From the IMG/VR virus record IMGVR_UViG_3300042154_002181: a stretch of DNA of 64,000 nt; one strand, 5' to 3'. Of the stretch, positions 39,021-47,413 are shown piece after piece. The notes beneath the pieces are model-generated. The model was not told the origin of the DNA. It did not search any database and saw only the letters and a list, made by a program, of their open reading frames with translations. This DNA is from an uncultured virus (IMG/VR IMGVR_UViG_3300042154_002181) (taxonomy: Duplodnaviria; Heunggongvirae; Uroviricota; Caudoviricetes). A program made the translations under genes and the position numbers. Positions within the stretch are counted from its first letter, which is position 1. Each line of letters starts with the position of its first letter.

Positions 39021-39212
39021 ATGTTAGGCTTAGTTTTATTTATCGTCGCAATCTCAGCATCTCTTACTTGGCTTTTATCAGGTGGTATTGATTACATCAA
39101 AAGGCAAACTTCAAAACAGAAAGGAAAAGATTTCTTTAATTGGGATAAAGATATCCACAATAAAGCTGGTCGCGACGGATGGGATGAAAATTTACATGAT
39201 GAAATATTTTAA
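39021..39212 (+). CDS. Small membrane-anchored protein
   Basis: N-terminal hydrophobic helix. Confidence 0.45.
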   Translation: MLGLVLFIVAISASLTWLLSGGIDYIKRQTSKQKGKDFFNWDKDIHNKAGRDGWDENLHDEIF

Positions 39213-39213
39213 T

Positions 39214-39483
39214 ATGAAAAATAAGTTACGATATCTAGTTTACTTTGCTATAGTTGCAATTTTAGTAATTCTAGTAGGTTATCAAAATATGATTATAAAA
39301 AATTACAGTTGTTCTGAAATAGGACTTGAAGGAGGCGGGGATATCTATAAAGCAGAGTTACTTGACTCTATTAATATTTTAAGAATAGACCTAGAAAGAT
39401 ACGAAGTAACTCTAGAAAATCTAAAACAAGAAGATTCCATAGCAGCTAAAAAGTTTGAAGATATTTTATACATGCTAAAATAA
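39214..39483 (+). CDS. Membrane-anchored coiled-coil protein
   Basis: MKNKLRYLVYFAIVAILVILVGY start; ATG at 39214. Confidence 0.5.
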   Translation: MKNKLRYLVYFAIVAILVILVGYQNMIIKNYSCSEIGLEGGGDIYKAELLDSINILRIDLERYEVTLENLKQEDSIAAKKFEDILYMLK

Positions 39484-39490
39484 AAGTTAC

Positions 39491-39799
39491 ATGACAAGAC
39501 CAGAAAAAAAACGTCAAACAAAAGAACAGATGGCAATAACTCTTATTGATAAAATGTTTGAGTTTGCAGGCCACGATATTAGATACAAAGATGTTGAAGG
39601 TAGAACTGACAACTGGTATCAACAATGGACCATGACAGAAGCTCAGAATAAAGAATGGAAAGAGTGGGGTACTAAGTTCATAAAAACTAAACTTAGAACT
39701 AATCTAAAATCAGCTCAGACGGAAATGGCATGGTTCGATCTTTGTTATGGACTTACAATATCAGATTGGTTACAAAATCACCCAGAATATGCAGAATAA
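39491..39799 (+). CDS. Hypothetical protein
   Basis: 102-aa ORF. Confidence 0.55.
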   Translation: MTRPEKKRQTKEQMAITLIDKMFEFAGHDIRYKDVEGRTDNWYQQWTMTEAQNKEWKEWGTKFIKTKLRTNLKSAQTEMAWFDLCYGLTISDWLQNHPEYAE

Positions 39800-40139
39800 A
39801 AAGTATACTTTACCTGAAGAATACGCGATGGATATCTCTTATGAAATTTCTAAATTAGGAGAAGGAAACATGGATTCAGAGCTTTTAGACGACTGGTGCA
39901 ACGGTGTTTATAATCTAGCACTAGATAGCTATGTAGAGTATCTAAAAGGAAATAAAGAGACTTATCTAATAACAGATGAGGATGTAAAAAAGTGTTACGA
40001 AAAAGCATCATTAAAACACACTCAAGAGCTACTAGATGGATTAGTAGATAAAGGATTAGCAAAAGTTTCAGTAGGAGAAAATGGAGATATACTTTATTCT
40101 CTTACAGAAGACGGTAAAAAATATGCAAATGAATTGTAA
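39789..40139 (+). CDS. Hypothetical protein, C-terminal winged-helix-like
   Basis: L..LVDKGL....V...G..LYSLTEDG. Confidence 0.5.
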   Translation: MQNKKYTLPEEYAMDISYEISKLGEGNMDSELLDDWCNGVYNLALDSYVEYLKGNKETYLITDEDVKKCYEKASLKHTQELLDGLVDKGLAKVSVGENGDILYSLTEDGKKYANEL

Positions 40140-40254
40140 TAAAATATAAGCATGCAAAATTATTCTGATCCTAGAATTACAAGAATAATAAAGTTAGAAC
40201 TATCAATCACACACGGCAATCAAAGCTCCACTATCTAATTAAATATTTATTAGT

Positions 40255-41709
40255 ATGGAAAACCAAGAAAAACAGTTTAGACTAAACATTACTAGAAGGC
40301 ATTTTCTAACAAAGGCAGGTCTAGGTATCGGAAGCGCTGCTTTAGGAACCATGCTATTCAAAGATCAATTGTTTGGATCTAGTGGAGAAGTTAAATCTTT
40401 ACCACTTGGTATTGCACAATTTGCACCAAAAGCAAAACGAGTTATATACTTGTTTCAAAATGGAGCACCGTCTCAACTTGAAACCTTTGATCACAAACCT
40501 CTATTGAATACAATGCATGGTCAAGATCTACCTGCCTCAATACGAAATGGGCAAAGGTTAACTGGCATGACTGCAAACCAAGATAAGTTCCCATTGGTAG
40601 GCTCTGCATTTGGTTTCAATCAGTACGGACAATCAGGTGCTTCTATATCAAGTTTATTTCCACATATAGGATCAATAGCAGACGATATCTGTATCATCAG
40701 AAGTATGAATACAGAAGCAATTAACCACGATCCTGCACTAACATTTTTCCAAACAGGTGCACAACAAGGCAATAGACCTAGTATGGGTGCATGGATGAGT
40801 TATGGACTTGGAAGTGAAAATTCTAATCTTCCTGCTTATACGGTTTTGCTTTCCCGTGGACGCGGCAATGGTCAGGGTGTATATTCAAAACTTTGGAGCA
40901 ATGGTTTTTTAGATAGTATGCACCAAGGAGTTGTGTTTAGCAGCGGCGAAGATCCAGTATTATATCTTAAAAATCCAGAAGGACACAATAAGCAAAATAG
41001 AAGAGATATGCTAGATCAACTAGCAAAGTTTAACACCGAAGCATTTCAAAATTTTGGAGATCCTGAGATAAATACCAGAATTCAACAATACGAAATGTCT
41101 TATCGTATGCAAACAGCAGTTCCTGAATTAACAGACTTAAATAAAGAACCTGACCATGTCATTAAAATGTATGGAGCAGATTGTTTAATTCCTGGAACAT
41201 ATGCTGCGAATTGTTTGCTAGCAAGAAAGTTAACTGAATCAGGCGTTCGTTTTGTTCAACTCTATCACCAAGGATGGGATACCCATGGCAATCTTGTTAA
41301 CGATATGAAAATGCAGGCAGAAGACGTAGACCGCGCTTCAGCAGCACTTATAAAAGACTTGAAGCAACGTGGACTCCTTGACGAAACACTCGTAATCTGG
41401 GGTGGTGAATTTGGAAGAACAAACTTTTGTCAAGGAAGAATTGATCCTATAAATTATGGCAGAGATCATCATCCAAAGTGTTTCAGCATCTGGATGGCAG
41501 GTGGAGGAATTAAGCCCGGTATTGTTTATGGAGAAACAGATGAATTTGGATACAATATTATAAAAGATCCTGTAGATGTTCATGACTTCCACGCAACAAT
41601 ATTACACTTGATGGGAATAGATCACGAAACGCTTACATATAAACACTTAGGAAGAAGATATAGACTTACCGATGTAGCTGGTAAAGTAGTTAACGGAATC
41701 ATAGTTTAA
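40255..41709 (+). CDS. DUF1501 family (alkaline phosphatase/sulfatase-like) protein with Tat signal
   Basis: TRRHFL signal; AKRVIYLFQNGAPSQLETFD.KP; GWDTH; GGEFGRT; GRDHH; RLTDVAG. Confidence 0.9.
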   Translation: MENQEKQFRLNITRRHFLTKAGLGIGSAALGTMLFKDQLFGSSGEVKSLPLGIAQFAPKAKRVIYLFQNGAPSQLETFDHKPLLNTMHGQDLPASIRNGQRLTGMTANQDKFPLVGSAFGFNQYGQSGASISSLFPHIGSIADDICIIRSMNTEAINHDPALTFFQTGAQQGNRPSMGAWMSYGLGSENSNLPAYTVLLSRGRGNGQGVYSKLWSNGFLDSMHQGVVFSSGEDPVLYLKNPEGHNKQNRRDMLDQLAKFNTEAFQNFGDPEINTRIQQYEMSYRMQTAVPELTDLNKEPDHVIKMYGADCLIPGTYAANCLLARKLTESGVRFVQLYHQGWDTHGNLVNDMKMQAEDVDRASAALIKDLKQRGLLDETLVIWGGEFGRTNFCQGRIDPINYGRDHHPKCFSIWMAGGGIKPGIVYGETDEFGYNIIKDPVDVHDFHATILHLMGIDHETLTYKHLGRRYRLTDVAGKVVNGIIV

Positions 41710-41738
41710 AAAATAGTGAATCACTATAAATAAAGATA

Positions 41739-41762
41739 ACCTCTAAATAAGAGGTTTTTTTT
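41739..41762 (+). terminator. Intrinsic terminator
   Basis: ACCTCT-aaata-AGAGGT plus T run. Confidence 0.7.
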
Positions 41763-41773
41763 ATATTTGATAT

Positions 41774-41974
41774 ATGAGTTACGAACAAAGACGAGACCAG
41801 CTTCTAAAAATAATGAAGAAGCAAACAGACCATTGGCTTCAAGAAGATAAATACGAAGAGTGGCAAAAGAAAAATAAACCTAAAAACTCCTATACCTTTA
41901 ATCCTAAAAGAACAATTAGAACAATCGATATTTATAATAAAGAATGTTTAAATTATTATACTCAATTGCAATAG
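41774..41974 (+). CDS. Hypothetical protein
   Basis: 66-aa ORF with TATATTTG just upstream. Confidence 0.45.
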   Translation: MSYEQRRDQLLKIMKKQTDHWLQEDKYEEWQKKNKPKNSYTFNPKRTIRTIDIYNKECLNYYTQLQ

Positions 41975-42588
41975 TTCTTTTTTTTAGTGTGTCATTAAAG
42001 GCACAAGATACAGTAAGGTTAAATCATAAAGAGTATACTACAGTATTTTCTAAATCTTTAAAGTATCCAGTACTTGTGGAGTGGTGGTTAACCAAGCAAA
42101 AAGTATCGTGTACAAATCCAATACCAAGAAAAGACCAGTTTGTACCTGATCCACTTCTAGAGGCTGAAACAAACATAGCTAAAGATTATATTGGATCTGG
42201 CTTTGATCGCGGCCACATGGCCCCAGCAGCCGATAATCAATGTTCTGGGCCTGATGCTATGAAAGAGTCTTTCTACTTTTCAAATATGACTCCACAATAC
42301 GGATCATTGAATAGAGGAGACTGGAAGATACTAGAGATGAAAACTAGAGAGTGGGCAAAAGCTCAAGACTCTATAAAAATATGGACAGGATCAGTAGGAG
42401 AGGCCAAGAAGGTAGGAAGACTATCTATTCCTGAAAAGTGTTGGAAAGTTTTATACATAAAGAGTTCTAATAGTTGGCTAGCTTATATCTTTCAAAATGA
42501 TCAATCTAAACCTAACGGTATAGAAGATAACAAAGTAACAATAGAAGAAGTAGAAAAGTTAACGAATTTAAAATTTAAAATAAAGTAA
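41944..42588 (+). CDS. Secreted DNA/RNA non-specific endonuclease (NucA/EndoG family)
   Basis: Signal peptide ending SLKA-Q; FDRGHMAPAAD; SNMTPQ..LNRG.W..LE. Confidence 0.92.
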   Translation: MFKLLYSIAIVLFFSVSLKAQDTVRLNHKEYTTVFSKSLKYPVLVEWWLTKQKVSCTNPIPRKDQFVPDPLLEAETNIAKDYIGSGFDRGHMAPAADNQCSGPDAMKESFYFSNMTPQYGSLNRGDWKILEMKTREWAKAQDSIKIWTGSVGEAKKVGRLSIPEKCWKVLYIKSSNSWLAYIFQNDQSKPNGIEDNKVTIEEVEKLTNLKFKIK

Positions 42589-42589
42589 T

Positions 42590-42847
42590 ATGCAAGTTTT
42601 GTATTTCTCAGCTCCATGGTGTGGACCGTGTAAAGTTTTTAAGCCTATTGTTCAAGAAGTTTCAAGAGATTTAGGTATTTCTATAAACGATATTAACGTT
42701 GATTATGATACTACTTTTTCTCAAAAGTATGAAATTAGCGCAGTTCCAACTATTGTAGTTGTAGATCATGCAGGAAATACCCTGTTCAGAAGTTCTGGAG
42801 TTATGTCTAAAGATCAACTTAAATCAACTTTGGCTAAATTTAAATAG
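42590..42847 (+). CDS. trxA: Thioredoxin
   Basis: WCGPC; VPT. Confidence 0.93.
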   Translation: MQVLYFSAPWCGPCKVFKPIVQEVSRDLGISINDINVDYDTTFSQKYEISAVPTIVVVDHAGNTLFRSSGVMSKDQLKSTLAKFK

Positions 42848-42902
42848 ATACTTTATAAATTAATAATTGGTTTTGATATTTATTTATATAACCAATTATA
42901 GA

Positions 42903-43532
42903 GTGAATAAGTATATATATATTCTTTTAGAACAATTATTTCTAAAGTTAATTATATCTTTTGTCCTTCTAGGACTATTTTTACAAATTAGCTTAATAGT
43001 TTTAGATTTTTCTGGGTTTAAAAATATAGCTACGTCAATTAATACTTGGTATATACATAAATTTGACGGAACTTTTAGTAAATCTAGCGCATTCTCTGCG
43101 CAATATAAAACGATCTACATTAATACTGTTGTAAATAGTGTGAAAATAGGTCCGATGACAGGTAACAAAAATCTAGCTTTTGGAGTTAAAAATATTATAG
43201 AAGAAGTTGCTCAAGATAAAGGTTATAATTTAACAAACAAAGAAGACGCCGAGTTTTTGATCAGTGCAAATATAGTTTATATGGATCAAAAACAAACTAA
43301 TACCAATGTGTCTATATTCCACAAAGATGAAAACGCTGTCATCATTAGAATGGAAGGAGTACTATTAGACAATAAAGGTAAGATCATCAAAAGACAAACT
43401 GTCACAGATGAGTCTTCAGAAATCTCCACCTCAACATTATTGATTTCTGAATCTGGTCAATTTAATTCAACGGTCATGAGAAATGCAGTTAAGAAAACCT
43501 GTGTTGCGTTGATTACTAAATTACTAGATTAA
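42903..43532 (+). CDS. Membrane-anchored envelope protein, distantly CsgG/LptE-like (start uncertain)
   Basis: N-terminal TM; LAFGVKNIIEE..QDKGY; C-terminus resembles that of 50928 (FN..T...A.KK.C). Confidence 0.45.
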   Translation: MNKYIYILLEQLFLKLIISFVLLGLFLQISLIVLDFSGFKNIATSINTWYIHKFDGTFSKSSAFSAQYKTIYINTVVNSVKIGPMTGNKNLAFGVKNIIEEVAQDKGYNLTNKEDAEFLISANIVYMDQKQTNTNVSIFHKDENAVIIRMEGVLLDNKGKIIKRQTVTDESSEISTSTLLISESGQFNSTVMRNAVKKTCVALITKLLD

Positions 43533-43536
43533 AAAT

Positions 43537-45306
43537 ATGAAAAAAATAATTTTGCTTTTAGCTACTTTTATAGTTGCTTTTTCATCCTATAGCCAGAATA
43601 CACCACCAGAACTTAAAATCTGGCCTAACTTAATAACTACAGATATTAATGGCGGAGCCATTGAAAAAGATGATACAGTTGAAGTCGCTCTTGTATTAAA
43701 GAATAATAACTCTAATATAAGAAACTTTTATCTTGACTTCCAACATCAAATATCGGCTATCAGTATGATAGGAATTGTGTTTCCACAATCAGGAACAGAA
43801 GCTATTCCTATTGGAACTCAAACTTCGTTTTCTAATAATTACTATCCAGGATATAATTGGTTTAATAATGCAAACAATAATACCGAGAATGGTTTGCAAA
43901 ATTCACAAAATGCGCAGTATCAATATGCACAAGGACAAACTAAAGCTATTAATCGTATTAACATTAATACTGCCACTCCTAATGGTAATATGACACAACT
44001 GAACAATGGTGTTCTTTGTTATCTTCGTTTTAAAGTAGTTAATATCCAAGCAGGTTTTGCTTATGATTCTATTTATTATAACTTTGCATACGGATGGAGT
44101 AACTCAGGTCAAGAAATGACAATTACAATGCCCAAACCTAATTCTGCTTGGATTAATCTAGATCCCAATTTAAATGCACTAATTCGCGGAACTTTTCAAG
44201 TCAACGGAAATTTATTTGGTAATTTAAAGCCTACACTAGCTTTTACAGATTCTACTAATAATATACTAAGAGCAAGTAGATCAGTTGGTACTAATGGATC
44301 TTATAATTTATCTAGTGAGATTTTGCCTAATACAACTTATTATGCATCCGCATGGATCCCTTCAGATAGTTTAGGGAGCATACTATCTAGAGCTGTAACA
44401 GTATCAGATTACACAGCAGCACAAAATGAATTTATTAAACAAAACCTTGATGGAACATTTAATAAAATTTCAATGACATCAGGAATGAGTTTTTTTGCAG
44501 CAGATGTTAATAGAAATCAAAAGTTTGACGGAGGAGATTTAGCCTTACTTTTTGCTCAAGCAGTAGGAGCGGACACTATATTTAATAGCCAAGCTAATTC
44601 TAATATTACTAATTTGCCTATATTCACAAAAAACTATTTTGACAATGTTGGTGTAGATGAAGCTTTGCAACTAACACTTACAGATATGAACTCTTTTAAA
44701 GTTAAGTTCAAAACTAAAAGTGTGGCTGATACAGTTGATTTAAAATATATAGTACCAGGAGATATAAATAGGTCTCACTCTTCTCAAGTTGTATTAAATG
44801 GACAAACTATAACAACCGCAAAAAATAGTTTGTTATTATCTGGGCTTTCAAATGCTGCATATGGTTTTAATGATATTAAAAATGTTTCTTATATAGATGT
44901 TAATTTAAAAAATATAGTTATCACATCAAACAATATAGAAATTCCTATAAATTTAGACACTAAAGGAAATAATGTATCTGCAATACAATTTGAATTTGTC
45001 TATGATAATACTAAAGTAAAATTTGAGGATATTAAATCTGAAGTACCTAATTCATGGTATGTATTTGCTAATTCTAAAGAAGGTAAAATAAAATTTGGAG
45101 CTATAGACAAAGATCTTAAAAATTCTATAATAGGCGCATCACTACCATTTAAACTAAAATTCTCGGCACTCGAAAACGGGTTAGATCTGAATACTAAAAT
45201 ACAAATAACCTCGAACCTGGATGCTTCAGACAATAATGGCAATCAGTTAGGAATCAATTTAAATACTCAGTCCATAAAATTAACCGGATACAATAACTTT
45301 AATTAA
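43537..45306 (+). CDS. Secreted protein with cohesin-like domains and a dockerin/EF-hand-like motif
   Basis: Sec signal; ADVNRNQKFDGGD and GDINRSHS Ca-loop motifs; C-terminal IPINL....VSAIQFEF.YD..KVKF. Confidence 0.6.
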   Translation: MKKIILLLATFIVAFSSYSQNTPPELKIWPNLITTDINGGAIEKDDTVEVALVLKNNNSNIRNFYLDFQHQISAISMIGIVFPQSGTEAIPIGTQTSFSNNYYPGYNWFNNANNNTENGLQNSQNAQYQYAQGQTKAINRININTATPNGNMTQLNNGVLCYLRFKVVNIQAGFAYDSIYYNFAYGWSNSGQEMTITMPKPNSAWINLDPNLNALIRGTFQVNGNLFGNLKPTLAFTDSTNNILRASRSVGTNGSYNLSSEILPNTTYYASAWIPSDSLGSILSRAVTVSDYTAAQNEFIKQNLDGTFNKISMTSGMSFFAADVNRNQKFDGGDLALLFAQAVGADTIFNSQANSNITNLPIFTKNYFDNVGVDEALQLTLTDMNSFKVKFKTKSVADTVDLKYIVPGDINRSHSSQVVLNGQTITTAKNSLLLSGLSNAAYGFNDIKNVSYIDVNLKNIVITSNNIEIPINLDTKGNNVSAIQFEFVYDNTKVKFEDIKSEVPNSWYVFANSKEGKIKFGAIDKDLKNSIIGASLPFKLKFSALENGLDLNTKIQITSNLDASDNNGNQLGINLNTQSIKLTGYNNFN

Positions 45307-45307
45307 T

Positions 45308-45667
45308 ATGAAAAAGCTACTATACATCTTGATATTTATATTTGTTGGATGCACAAAAATACAAATTGAGCCTCTAAAAATAGAATTAGGTGCTATTCCC
45401 AAAGCATCTGTTATTAACAAAGTTTCTCCAATTGTTTCAAATGGCTCAAATATAGTAGTTGACATGACGTTAACTACAAACGCCAAGTATTCACTCCAGG
45501 TAACAAATTTACTTGGAAAAGAATTAAAAATATTAGGTTTTACTGCAGAAAGTTCTAATGTAACAAAAAAGTTAGATTTTTCTGATCTTAAAAATGGCGA
45601 CTATAATTTAATACTTATAGACATTCAAGGCACTGAATATAAAACAAATATAATAATCAAAAAGTAA
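45308..45667 (+). CDS. Lipoprotein with T9SS C-terminal-domain-like fold
   Basis: Lipobox FVGC; Y.LQV.NLLGK....LDFS.LKNG.Y.L......K.IIIK. Confidence 0.6.
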   Translation: MKKLLYILIFIFVGCTKIQIEPLKIELGAIPKASVINKVSPIVSNGSNIVVDMTLTTNAKYSLQVTNLLGKELKILGFTAESSNVTKKLDFSDLKNGDYNLILIDIQGTEYKTNIIIKK

Positions 45668-45673
45668 TAATTT

Positions 45674-46276
45674 ATGAATATACAAAAATTAAAAGGGCAT
45701 ATCCCAGATCAAGTACTAGCCCAAATACCAGACACAATAGCTAAATTTGAATTAAATACTCCAATTAGACTCGCTCACTTTTTAGCACAGTGCGGACATG
45801 AATCAGGAGGATTTAAATTCTTGAAAGAAAATTTAAATTATTCTAGTAAAGGTTTGATGGGAATATTTAAGAAGTATTTTCCTACAGAAGCAGTGGCTAA
45901 TCAATATCAAAGACAGCCTGATAAAATAGCAAATAAAGTATACGCTAGTAGAATGGGTAACGGTTCTGAAACTTCTGGTGATGGATCTAAATTTAAAGGA
46001 AGAGGATTTATACAACTTACAGGAAAAGATAACTATACTGCGTTCTCAAAATCTATTGGAGAAGATTGTGTAGCAAATCCTGATTTAGTAGCTACAAAAT
46101 ATCCTTTAGCTTCTGCAGCGTGGTTCTTTTATAAAAATAGCTTACATAAAATAGCAGATGAAGGAGCCAGTGATTTAGTAGTTACTAAAGTAACAAAAAG
46201 AGTAAATGGAGGTACAATTGGACTTCCAGATAGAATTAAACATTTTAAAGAATACTATAACCTTTTAAACAGTTAA
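45674..46276 (+). CDS. Endolysin, glycoside hydrolase family 19
   Basis: AHFLAQCGHES, ENLNYS, GRGFIQLTG..NY, SAAWF, VNGG.IGL.DR. Confidence 0.92.
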   Translation: MNIQKLKGHIPDQVLAQIPDTIAKFELNTPIRLAHFLAQCGHESGGFKFLKENLNYSSKGLMGIFKKYFPTEAVANQYQRQPDKIANKVYASRMGNGSETSGDGSKFKGRGFIQLTGKDNYTAFSKSIGEDCVANPDLVATKYPLASAAWFFYKNSLHKIADEGASDLVVTKVTKRVNGGTIGLPDRIKHFKEYYNLLNS

Positions 46277-46278
46277 CT

Positions 46279-46587
46279 ATGTCAGAAGAAACAAATCAGC
46301 AAGAAGGAACTTGGACTGGGCTAAAAAAAACTATTGTAGGTACGTTAGCTACAGTTGTAACAGCCGGTGGGGCTTGGTTAGGATCAACATTGTTTGGTGG
46401 CGGAAACGATACCGCTCAACCAGTACAAGCTCAACCTAGTATTATTATTAACAATACTCAACAACAGCAGCAAGCAGCTGGAGGGAAAACTATTATTATT
46501 AAAGAAAAAGAAACAGTAAAAGAAGCTACAGCTAAACCTAAGAAAAAAGAAGGAGACGAATTTAAAGAAAAAGAACCGCTGTGGTAA
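46279..46587 (+). CDS. Single-pass membrane protein with Gln-rich linker
   Basis: TM GLKKTIVGTLATVVTAGGAWLG; IIINNTQQQQQ. Confidence 0.6.
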   Translation: MSEETNQQEGTWTGLKKTIVGTLATVVTAGGAWLGSTLFGGGNDTAQPVQAQPSIIINNTQQQQQAAGGKTIIIKEKETVKEATAKPKKKEGDEFKEKEPLW

Positions 46588-46602
46588 TATAATATTAAAA
46601 AT

Positions 46603-47025
46603 ATGTCAGAAGAAGTAAAAAAAGCACAGGAAGATAACGGTCTAAAAATTGGATTTGAAACTGGTGGTGGCCAAATCACTGCAGACCCACAAGATGGTGC
46701 GAGTGTTGAAGATTCATCTTCAGTAAGTACTACTGTTGATGGTGTAGAATTAACCGTTGAGGTTACTGGTGAGGCTCACGCAAGTGTGGGTGTTGAGATA
46801 ACGGATACATCTGTTGCAGCAACCGCAGAAGTGGGTGTAAGTGCCGAAGCAAGAGGGTGCGTTGAAATTGATGAAGATGGAGATGGTGTAATGGATGGAT
46901 TAGATTTCGATGGCGATGGTAAAATTGATGAGTACTTCGCGCATAGACAATGTGAACACGTTTGGGGAGATTTTGATAATGATGGTGATTTGGAATGTTT
47001 AAAATGCGGAAAAATAAAAGAGTAA
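46603..47025 (+). CDS. Acidic protein with EF-hand-like repeats and Cys/His motif
   Basis: DEDGDG, DFDGDG, DFDNDG; CEH...CLKC. Confidence 0.55.
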   Translation: MSEEVKKAQEDNGLKIGFETGGGQITADPQDGASVEDSSSVSTTVDGVELTVEVTGEAHASVGVEITDTSVAATAEVGVSAEARGCVEIDEDGDGVMDGLDFDGDGKIDEYFAHRQCEHVWGDFDNDGDLECLKCGKIKE

Positions 47026-47065
47026 GAATAAAGTTATCGATATTAAATAAATTAAAATTATTGAA

Positions 47066-47305
47066 ATGAAAAAATTTTTTCACGATCTTTTCAATGATAG
47101 TAATTCTATCAATGAAAAAGCAGTTATAGGATTCGCAGCTTTCTTAATGATGTGTATGTTTGCTATTACAGACATCATAACAGGAGCTATGAATAAACCG
47201 CTACTTATAAATGAGTTTATTTTTGATTCATTTAAAATATTAACAATCGCTTGCTTTGGTATAGCTTCTGTTGATAAATTTATAAATAAAAAAAGTGGAG
47301 AGTAA
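47066..47305 (+). CDS. Holin-like small two-TM protein
   Basis: Two hydrophobic helices, basic C-terminus, near endolysin. Confidence 0.5.
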   Translation: MKKFFHDLFNDSNSINEKAVIGFAAFLMMCMFAITDIITGAMNKPLLINEFIFDSFKILTIACFGIASVDKFINKKSGE

Positions 47306-47413
47306 AAAGTTAATTAATAAAAATTTTAAAATTAGTTAATAATTTAATAACACAATAAATAGCCCACCTAAAAAGCGGCTTAATAATTATAAAGGTACTA
47401 ACAATCCTTAATA

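Noticed and set aside
40152..40238. 28-codon ORF upstream of the DUF1501 gene
   Set aside because: Too short, with no motif or other support.
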